Below, in pieces: positions 54,486 to 64,000 of a DNA stretch of 64,000 nucleotides (position 1 is its first letter; the number at the start of each line of letters is the position of its first letter). Under the pieces are notes generated by a model. That model saw only the letters and a list, made by a program, of their open reading frames with translations, did no database searches and was not told the origin of the DNA. The stretch comes from Blepharisma stoltei ATCC 30299 (taxonomy: Eukaryota; Protista; Ciliophora), in assembly GCA_965603825.1 (NCBI GenBank), contig CBFDEM010000062.1, positions 372,001 through 436,000 on the forward strand, given 5' to 3'. Both the position numbers and the translations under genes were made by a program.

Positions 54486-57400
54486 TTATTCAAGTATAGT
54501 GATCACTTCTGTCACCAAATGTTCAAGCACCATGTCAGCAATATCAAGCTTCACTTGGTTTTCTTCGAATTCATAGTTCACCCACTGGTGGTCTCGCTCT
54601 ACCACTTCGAGTGCAAGCATACTGGCTAATTTATCTTCCCTGATATTTTGAAGCATTTCTTCGTCAATGTTTCCAGAACTCTTATTGCTTTCTAAAATAG
54701 GAACTTTTCCTGCCTGCATACTGCTCCAAAGCAAAACTTCTTCTTTGGATTTCTCACAAATTTGTTTTATGTTAGGGTATTGGTAATGAATGGCGCGAAT
54801 ATCAAAGCTCCAGGGCAGTGGCTCTCCAGTTTCACCATAGATGCGGTGCTTTTGTAGACTTTCGTTGAAAGAGTCAAAAATCATTTTATTGTGGATATGC
54901 TGGGCTTCTTGGACTGCGGGGTCAAGAGATCGGTCAGAAATTTGCTTTTCAATTTCTAAATACATATCGATGTTAAGGATTGGTGGAGGGATGTCTGGGA
55001 TTACGGCTGTTCCTATTTCATTTTCTTGCATTTTGGAGAGCATTTCCATTGGGCTGTTAGGGACAGGAGTAGATAAAGAATATTCGATGTCTTGAGCATT
55101 ATCATGAATTAAGGTCAGAAGTTTCTCCAGGTAGCTGTCAACTGCTTTTGCATCAGTATCTACAGCTGGCTGACTGTCAATTTTGATTATTTTAAGCCAC
55201 TCTTTTTCAGGTTTTATTGCGTTTGCAATTTCCTCTGATAAGAGTTGTTTAAGCAGCACTTCAGAAATATTTGCTACATCTTCAGGTTCAAATAGAAATT
55301 CTGTACTTTTATCCAATTCATATAGATCTTCATCAAATTTTTTGTTCTTATTTTTTCCTTCCAAAGGTATTGAATCATCAAGCTTTTGTGGGGAAGGCTC
55401 AGGGCTCTGGAAGCTTGAAGAGTTTTGTTCATTTTCAAACGAAGTTTTATTAATTTTCAGTTTTGGAATTTCTGGAGACTTTTTGATCCTCGTCTCGATT
55501 TCGCCGAGATCTTTAATGTCAAGATTCTGCGGGCTCCCTTTAGGATTTGCTGGTAATTGTCTGTCTGAAATATCACGACTAGAAGAAGATTTGCTAGTAT
55601 CATCAATAGATGCTTCAGGAGGGTTTGGATCCAGCGATAAAAGTGAAGACGAAGCTTCAGCTGGAGGACTATGAATACCATCAAATGAATCCTGGTTTTC
55701 GATAATTTCTTTTTTCTCTTCTTTATATGCAGAAGATACACTATCAAGATGTTCGCTGTTTTCGACTGAACTAACTTGATTCCCAATAAATTGCAGTTGA
55801 TAAAGGTCGCTCTCAAAGTCTTCATACGACCTTTTAGAGTCAATATAAACCTCACTATGGAATGAAGCCATTGACTCTGACTCAGATTTCTCAGTAGCTT
55901 CAAATTCTGGTATTGATGGCTCATCAGGGATTGTTGGAATTGTTGATATTTGAGCTGGATGCGAAAACTCTAGATAAGGTTCTTCTCCAACCTCGGTTGA
56001 AATCCTTGGGTCTTCCATTAGGGGTTCTTCTGAGGTTATTGTTCCTTCACAAGGGGATTCAATATAAATTTCATCTCTATCAGGCTGAGGAGAAATAATA
56101 AAAGAATTATTTGAAGGAGTTTCGAGACCTTTTATTTGGTCAATAAAACTATCTGAAATATCGTGCTTCGGGAGGCTTGGAATATAGGGAATATTTCTCA
56201 CATTTATTTGTGAGCTTTTTTCGTTAGACTTAGAGTCATCTCTTATTTTTGAGCTCTCTATTTCGAGCTCACTTATCCGAACACTCCTTTCTCCTTTGGA
56301 CTCAGCAAGGTTTTCATGCCAAATTTCTTCATTTTCAGTTTCTTTGGAAGACTGGGCAGCCATCATGCCACTGATTATTTTTTCAATATCCTCACTTTGC
56401 GAATCAAATCTCATATTTGTTTGGTCTTCCATCAGCTGGCTTGCTAACGCTTTTTGGAATTCAAAAGTTCTCAAAAGAGAGCCTTCATCATTGCTATCTA
56501 CTCTTTCTGCTAGTGCAGCTTTCACTGCTTCAATATTTTCATCAAATAAATGGTCAAGATGCGCATATCTTCGATCAATAATTTCTTGGAAGATTTTCAT
56601 AGCACCAGACTCAGTCCCAAGCTTCTCTGCAACCTTTTGCATGTCTTGAAGGTCTTTTTTCTTGAGTTTCAATAAGTTTTCTTTCTGCTGGACTCTCCAT
56701 TGCATTTGGGTTTTCAAGATACTTTCTATCTCTTTTTGTTTTTTCTTAGCAAGCTCTAGATTTTTTCTCTCTGAAGCAAGCCGTTTTTCCAACTCTTGTG
56801 AAGAAATTCGGTGGCCTGTTGGAACTGGGGACAACCTTTGGAACTGTGGATCTGTTTCAAGCCTTTCTGACTCCTCTTCTCCCCAAGACTCAACATTAAT
56901 AGGTTTGGGCTTTTTAATTTTGCCTAGAATATTTTGGACTTCTTCATCCTCTTCTTCATAGTATGATATATCATTATCGCGTCCATATTGTCGTTTATAT
57001 AGCCATTCATCTGTTTCTTCAACTTCAGAATGTTGCTCCTCAGAATGTTGCTCCTCAGAGTGTTCTTCATAATGCATTTCAGTACGCTCTTCAGTACGCT
57101 CTTCAGAATGATCTTCAAAGTGCTCTTTATAACTTCCATTATAGTGATCTTCATAAAGCCCTTCATAATTATCTTCAGAATGTTCTTCATAGTGATCTTC
57201 AGAATGCTCTTCATATTCTTCTTCATATGACTCGTCTTCATTTTCTTCTAAATAATGCCTGATTGCTTCTCTTGTTTGCCATCCTCTTACCCATGCTTGG
57301 ATTTTTATTGCTGCGTTTTTTCTTTCTTCTTCATTTAAAGCTGACCTGCCTGACGAGTCTTCCCTTGCATATTCCCTTGCTTTTTCTACTCTGCTCCTAA

Positions 57401-58853
57401 GTTCTGCAAGTTTCTTCTTAATTCCATCTTTTCTTTTAGAGATATCTGAGCTTGACAGATCTTTGTATTTTTCTTCTTCTCTTGAGTCAATAAAAACTGG
57501 GGTGTCATCATTAACATCCATTGCTGGCATTGTCACGCTTCCTGTTGGAAGATCTATTTCAGGCTTCTTTCTTTTTTCAACGATATCATTAACCTTTTGT
57601 GTGGAGTTTCTTCTACCATTTAGGTTAGGTTCTTCTGAGAAGTGCCCGAAGACTTTGCATTCTCTTCCTTCTCGATTGTAGTCGTATGGGTCTTCTAGCC
57701 TCATTCCTTCCATTATGCCTAAAACTTCTTCATCTTCAGGAATATTAGATTCACTCTCATCAACCCACTGAGGCTCTTCATATGTTTTTAAAGCCTTTTT
57801 GGACTTGACCTTTTTCTTAGGCTTGGCTTTCTTTTTGGCTGATTTTCCTTGCTTCTTTTTGGTGATGGCTTCGAGCCTTTTTAACTGCTCAAGTCTTCTG
57901 TTTTCTTCTTCTCTTTGTCTTTCAAGCTCAATCCTTTCATGTTCTTTTCTCAATCGTTTCTGCTGCTTCATGTAGAGAATGATGTCAGGGTTATGCTCTT
58001 TGACTGGCTTTTTTTCTGGCGTTAACGAATGCTCATGGTTACTATGGCTACGCAATCTGTAATTTGGTACTAATGAAGAGAGCACATCAAGTCCTATTCT
58101 TGCTCTTCCTGTGCTTTTCGTTCTTTCAATCTCTTCTCTTCTTCTCTTCCTTATCTCTTCGCTTTCCTTTCTAATTTTCTCATCATTTTTGCCATTAAGC
58201 CTTCTTTCATCTACCCCTCACGCGATCTTTGGCTTGAATTTATTTTGCTTGAATTTCACTTGATTTTCTTTCCTCGTTTCTTGATTAAGCTTTTCGAGCT
58301 GTTTTTTGGCTTTTTCTTTATTCTCATTCAGCTGTTTTTTCCTTTTTTCTGCTAAATCTCTATTGACTTTTTGTTTCTTGATGGAATTTTGAATTATGTG
58401 ATCGATTGACTTTACATGGTCTTCTTGAATAGGGGTTTGCTTTATATCAGGAGCTTCTTTGTGAATGTTTATTCTGGGCTGAGGAGTAACAGAAGAGCGT
58501 CTTGGTACTGCAGGCTTTTTTACTAAAGTGGTGGGCTTTTGAATTGACTTAGTGCTTGGGGCTTTTTGAATGCGCTGCATTGGGTCAGGCGTTTTTGACT
58601 TAAACCTGGGCTTTAAATCCTGAGACCGTTTTATTGGCTTATTTGAGATGTCAGCTAGGTATCTATCCTTTGGCTTTTTAGCTGGCTTTGGCTTTGCAGA
58701 TGATATAACAATTGGAATTGGGTATCGAGTCCCGTTTTCTTGATTTGATGCAACTACTGCTTCACTTGTTATTTTTCGTCCGAGGACTGGCGCTGAAGGA
58801 GGGCGCTGTGATCCAAATGATTTAAATATCTCATGAGGTTCTGAAGATATCAT
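54486..58853 (-). CDS. Large coiled-coil protein with IQ motif and C-terminal DUF4378/CEP350-like domain (~1,455 aa)
   Basis: AAIKIQAWVRGWQTR; HNKMIFDSFNE...W..YEFEE.QVKLDIADMVLE; the 58218 ORF is joined via TGA=Trp; start uncertain. Confidence 0.72.
57020..57230 (-). repeat. Coding low-complexity His/Glu/Tyr repeat (12- and 15-nt units)
   Basis: EEHSEDHYEEHSEDNY...EERTEERT...HSEEQHSEEQHSE. Confidence 0.85.
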
Positions 58854-59342
58854 AGTGAAAAATTTATATTTATTCAAATAAGTAAATAAGAAGCGGAATT
58901 AATAGTAAGCAGGATTAAGAATTATTTTTGGTTTCCTGTCATGAAATTTACGCAATTGAAGTCATTAATATCATTTTTCTAGCACTAAATGCTAATGAAA
59001 GCAATAATTAGAGATCAGTCTATTTTTCTTCACAAGAAACAATAATGAATCCATATATGCATGGCGGTATGTGCTAAGATGATAATAAAAATAAAAAAAT
59101 AGGATATACCATCAAGCCAGTGATTAAAGCAGAAAATTAAAACATAATAGAGCTATTGCGCAAAGCAATGCAGGTGGCTAAGAATTAAAATCATAAATAC
59201 TTTCTGATAAAACTATGTTTTTATATTTAAGCTCTAAAAATCCCTTGCATGCTTTATATCAATTCCAATACATCAGATTCTAGATTTCTCTCAATTTTTA
59301 ATTCCTTTTTCATTATGATACCATTTTGGAAACTCCCAGATC

Positions 59343-62012
59343 ATGGAAACTCCAAAATTTTCTATTGCTGTAATAGGTGCAACAAATGGACTGGGCACTC
59401 AAAATCCTTTCTTTTCAGATCGATTAAGCATCAATAGTAACTTTTTTCAGTTTCCTGAAGAATCCCCTCTTATTGGAGCTGATGACGATACTTTTTTAAT
59501 GTATTGCAAATCTCAATTGAAAATTTCAGCTAGAAACTCGTTTTTAAAACAAAAAATAGAGAGGCCCGTCTTTAAAATTGATGAAACTCCAAGACCTTCT
59601 CATTTCTCTCCAGAAAAAATTAACGAAAGAACTATCAAGCAATTGGACTCTAAAAGGAAAAAGCGGTTTTTCCAAGAAGAATTTCTCAGTGAGAGATTTG
59701 ATGAAACACATAAACCAGAGGAAAGCTCTTGCTTATCATGATTTATCATAAGGAATAATGGAATAAAATCAATCATCCCTGACTTTGAGCTCAAAGAATG
59801 CAAACTTATCTTTAACGAAATTTTAACTAAAAATATAAAGTCGCATGAAGCTAATTTCGGTATGTGTAGATTATATGCTTATGAAGGGAGATATGGACTA
59901 GCAATGATTTATATAAAAGATGCATTGCAAATTTCTCCAAATGATAAGCTATATAATTTATGGTATGCCATGCTGAACATGAAAACTATTTTTGAGCTAG
60001 ATAATATTTCTCAAAAATCATTGCCTTCGGGAAGTCGTAAGATATAAATAGGAATGTGGTGCTGCGGATCAAGATCTGCTGGACAATTTTCTGTTGTGTT
60101 TCCTCAGCTTATAGAGAAACTCACAATATTTCAAGGAGAAATAGATGTTTTATGATGCCTGATGACATTGTCCTTGAAAAATTGTCTTGAAATAGGAAGA
60201 GAAATTGAGAACCCAAGATTCTATGCAGCAAAAATTAAGGAAATTGATAATTATTATGGATATGTAGCTTGGAGCGATATATTGTTTAGTGAAGAAGGAC
60301 AAGAAGCTAAAGGGAGAGATACACTAAGGGAATGTATAATGCAGTATCCAAATAGACCAGAAGCATATATAAAGCTCTGGCAATACTATTATTATAACGT
60401 AAAAGATTTTGAGCAGTCAGAAGATATTGCATGTGAAGCTTTTATCAGAGTTTGCGGCTCTGATGATAGCGAATATTTTGCATTATTATGCATCAATTAC
60501 GCTAAGTCATGCTTCAAAATGAGAAAAATTAATTATGCTCTAAAGATATTACAACAAAAGTACATTGAAAATCCAGAGTTTCCGATATTCTTATACCATA
60601 TTGGCAGATTATCTACAAAATCAGAAGACCTAGCTCTTAATGGGCTAGCAATTGGAACCCTTGAAGAATGTCTCAGACAGTGTGACAAATGTTGGCATGG
60701 GCCTATTTATTATTGGCTTGCCAAAGCTTACTTAAATTCAAAGCAGCATGTGGAAGCTTACGGGGCTATGAAACAGTCCTACAAATATTTAGAGAACTCA
60801 GATCAAAGAAAATCCCATGATCTAAAAAGCGCCATGAAAAGCTTAAAAGAAGGAGTATCAGCATTGAAAGAAGTCGAAGAAATCCTGAAGAGTGAATCAT
60901 TTTTGAAAAATATTGATAAATGCAAACGCTTATGCAATAAAATAAAAGGATTAAATAAACTCTCCGGAGAAGTTTTGCAAGCAAAGATACTTTGGAGCGA
61001 AGGACGCAAAGAAGAAGCAATAAGAGAACTAGAATCGTCTGCATACATGGCCAGCACTAGAATAATGCCTTATTTTGAGCTCCTTAGATGCCTCGAATTA
61101 AGTGAAGACTATCTTTCGATGAGAACATATGGCAAAGAAATGGTATTAAAGAGCATGAATAGTCAGCTGCCTTGCACAACCTGAGTTAAAGCTAACATTA
61201 TTTTTGCAAAAATACTGGTGAAAAATAACGAGCTTGATCGAGCTTTAAGAGTCTTAAAAGCCTTGGCTAAAATATTTCCAATAACCCGATATGCTGAAAT
61301 TCCGTTCACTCTTAAACTGCAAGAGTCTTCTACATATCAAGATTTAGATGAAGCTAACAACTTGCCTAGAAATTCACTGGGCGTTTATTCTTTTTCGAGC
61401 TCACGTAACTCCTATGCTAGTATTTCTGCACCGGCATATAGCCAATCTTACAAAGATCAAGTTAAAAAGAACACATTTAGAAGAAACCAAGAGTTGCTAA
61501 CTTTGCTAATTGGTGAAGATGCTCCTCACCCAGAAGAAACTTTAGAAAGCAATCCAGATTTATATGAAAATGACGAGCTGGATGTCACAGGATTCAAAAA
61601 ATTCCAAAATTTATCTATAGAATTTGAGTTTAACAATGAAGATTTGCAGCATCAGGAAATCATGAAGCCTATGCACTCAGATAATGAACTGTGCACAGAA
61701 TTCGCTGTCAGCAGTGACCCTATATTTTTATATAAAATTGGGAAAATTGCTGCTATGCATGGAATTAATTTAATGGATGGGCTTTATGCAATTGAAGACT
61801 ATCTTTCATTATTGAAGTTCGAAAAATCTATAGCAATGAAAGAAAGAGCTGCTGTAAAAGCCCTTCTTCTTAAATTCATTATTCTTTGCCAGCTCAATAA
61901 TATTGATACTGCAGCAGCGGTGGCAGCTGAAATTGATCCAATAATAAGCCAGGTTGGATGGGCGAAGAAATATGAATTATTTAAGGATTTTAAGGCCAGA
62001 CACAATATTTAA
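59343..62012 (+). CDS. TPR-repeat protein; one 15-nt intron
   Basis: Four ORFs joined by three TGA=Trp codons and intron 60037-60051; TPR-like helices (ALQISPND, YPNRPEAYIKL, YYWLAKAY). Confidence 0.75.
60037..60051 (+). other. 15-nt intron
   Basis: gtaagatataaatag; in-frame TAA. Confidence 0.85.
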
Positions 62013-62079
62013 ATTACTTTCATGAATTAATGGCTATTTTTATGTCTGATCAGATATGTATCTTCTATTTAATTTTAAA

Positions 62080-62865
62080 ATGGGTTCGCAGACAAGCAGG
62101 CATCTTGAAAGCAGTCAAACCAATTCATTTATCCACGGATTTGAAGAAGAAAGAACTGAAGACAGGCTCAATTTAGAAGATACAAGCAGAGAAAGCTCTC
62201 TAGCATCATCTCTGACAGAAAACGATAATTTTATTAGAGACCCTAATATCGTCACTTATACGTTTAAATGGAATAATGGAGGAAAAGAAGTCTCAATTGT
62301 AGGGGCATTTAATGACTGAAAAGAAATAATTCAAATGGAAAGAAGAGGCAACGAGTTTGCTTTGGACGTTTTGCTTAAAAGAGATACTGTTTATGATTAT
62401 AAATTTTTAGTTGATGGAGAATGGAGATTTGCAAATGAGCAGCCGATTAAAAGAGATCCTATGGGAAACGTAAATAACTGAATTGATACGAATGCACTTA
62501 ATGAGGAAGAAGATGGGACTTTGACTGCAAAAAATCCAGAGAAATACTCTCAGGATTTTTATGCAGATTTAACCACTATGGATCCTGACCCTTTACCATT
62601 GCATCTTTGCTATGTTCTTGCAAATCATTCAGGATCTTTCGATTATAGGCAAAAAGATACAGTTCCAAGTAACTCTCCAATACATTTGACTAATGCAGAG
62701 CTGGCTGGAGAAAATAATTTGCCGGTTAATGAACTGCCAATTCCGTCTCATGTAATATTGAATCATGTAGGAATCAGGGCAAATGAAAGAGTCATTGGCC
62801 TGACAACAACCCAAAGGTATAGGGAGAAGTATGTGACTACTATTTACTATAAACCAATCAAATAG
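62080..62865 (+). CDS. AMPK/SNF1 beta subunit (CBM48 + ASC domain)
   Basis: MGSQTS myristoylation site, FKWNNGGKEVSIVGAFND[W], YKFLVDGEW, GNVNN, PSHVILNH, RYREKYVTTIYYKP. Confidence 0.92.
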
Positions 62866-63059
62866 ATTATCTTTTTAGCTTCCTAGTAATGAAGTTTAAT
62901 TCCTAGAATTCATGATATTTATTATTTAACTATTAGAGACCTTACTTATTTTTCAATATAACAATTCAGAGCATTTTTAGAAGTAGTTTTATATTTAAAT
63001 AAAAACCTATGCTGAAATAGAAAATCAAAATATTTTGGCGGTATTAATAGAAATTTCAT

Positions 63060-63476
63060 TTACTCCTTATTAGACTTAATTTCTGCTTTTCTTTTAACAT
63101 TTTCTCTAGAATTTGAATTGGAGCTTTTCCTTTTCAAAGATCTTGGCGGATATACCAGCTTTCCGTCATCACCATAGTAAACACCAAATTCATTATACTC
63201 TTTCGTCTGTCGGCGGTATCGTTGCTCGTCTTTATTTGCTTTTTCAATATAAATCTTCTTATTATAAGAAGATAGATGAGCCCATTTTTCAGTCGCCTCT
63301 TTAATAAAATCATCATAGTTAACTTGACGGTTGCTTTCTTGATTTTTCAGCTTCATCTCCATCAAGAAGAAAGTTAAAGCGCTTTTACCTTTCCTTGGAG
63401 GTAAAACTTTGAAGACTTCACAGGGGAGCTCTTCTGCTTGTTTTCTTGGCCTACCTCTTGGTCTTTTTTGTTCCAT
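63060..63476 (-). CDS. HMG-box protein with N-terminal AT-hook
   Basis: KRPRGRPRK; SALTFF...KWAHLS...KKIY.EKA.KD.QRY. Confidence 0.88.
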   Translation of the reverse strand: MEQKRPRGRPRKQAEELPCEVFKVLPPRKGKSALTFFLMEMKLKNQESNRQVNYDDFIKEATEKWAHLSSYNKKIYIEKANKDEQRYRRQTKEYNEFGVYYGDDGKLVYPPRSLKRKSSNSNSRENVKRKAEIKSNKE

Positions 63477-63528
63477 TTCAAGAATTATTTTAATTAGATT
63501 TTTGAGTTTGAAGAGATAATTTTTAAAT

Positions 63529-64000
63529 ATGAAGCCAAGAGCTAGAAGAAGCTCTTCTAAAAATCAACACTTAAAAGTAGACATCCCTTATGAAGTTAAA
63601 TTTATGGATATTCCCACACTTCAGGTTGAAATTCAAGAGTGGAAGCAGAAATTAAAGAAGGCCAAGGAGATTAATAATGCTAACCACGCTGAAAAAATGA
63701 AGATAAAAGATGAGCTAAAAGAGATGAAAGAAAACATTTTAGCACTTGACAATTCTTCTAGAAAAATAAAAGAAGAGTTTGAACAAGTGCAAGAAAGGAA
63801 TAAAATAGAACTGCAGACTTATTATAACCAAATTACATTCTTAGAAAAGAGGAAAACGCTTGATGAAATCAATAAAAATAATGAATATTTTTTGCTTGAC
63901 TGCAATAAAGAGGAGAAACTAAAGAATGGAATTGAAGATATCATGCGAGAAACCCGTAATACTACTGAGATTGTTCAAGAGTCTAATGATATAAATATAG
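63529..64000 (+). CDS. Coiled-coil protein, 3'-truncated by the window
   Basis: ATG 63529 is open to the window end; K/E-rich heptads. Confidence 0.7.
   Translation, partial: MKPRARRSSSKNQHLKVDIPYEVKFMDIPTLQVEIQEWKQKLKKAKEINNANHAEKMKIKDELKEMKENILALDNSSRKIKEEFEQVQERNKIELQTYYNQITFLEKRKTLDEINKNNEYFLLDCNKEEKLKNGIEDIMRETRNTTEIVQESNDINI

Noticed and set aside
10995-62865. Fragmented ORFs as pseudogenes or selenoproteins
   Set aside because: The breaks are in-frame TGAs at conserved Trp (not Cys) positions, or consensus tiny introns; essential genes are otherwise intact.
493-63316. Many short antisense or overlapping ORFs in the track (e.g. 3405-3911, 33191-33796, 55183-55674)
   Set aside because: They are shadow frames of real genes on the other strand or frame, with no recognisable motifs.

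Overview
This is gene-dense, AT-rich eukaryotic DNA with about 42 protein genes and one tRNA-Ser(AGA). It looks like the macronuclear genome of a heterotrich ciliate, most consistent with Blepharisma (inferred). The supplied ORF track is fragmented for two reasons that I could confirm by reading the sequence. (1) TGA is read as Trp: more than 50 in-frame TGAs in about 24 genes, many at invariant Trp positions of TSR3, SNW1, LEO1, DCP1, TTLL9, HCF101 and WD40 repeats. TAA and TAG are the stops. (2) There are tiny 15-16 nt spliceosomal introns (GTA...A at -6...AG); I located 11. Correcting for both rebuilds intact genes and exposes a microprotein missing from the ORF track and a hidden CaaX tail on a guanylate-binding protein. 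The most interesting candidates are: a bacterial-type PhnY-like 2-aminoethylphosphonate (ciliatine) dioxygenase with a predicted mitochondrial presequence, with an upstream hairpin and glycine decarboxylase nearby; a membrane-anchored small protein with eIF4E-binding-like, PPR-like and PAM2 motifs; a ~2,160-aa receptor-like protein with an unrecognised cytoplasmic repeat; a Mut-7-like exonuclease with CCHC knuckles; a stand-alone voltage-sensor-like protein; and an EF-hand/C2/4TM protein. I saw no mobile elements, CRISPR arrays, rRNA or telomeric repeats. All family assignments come from recalled motifs, not database searches.
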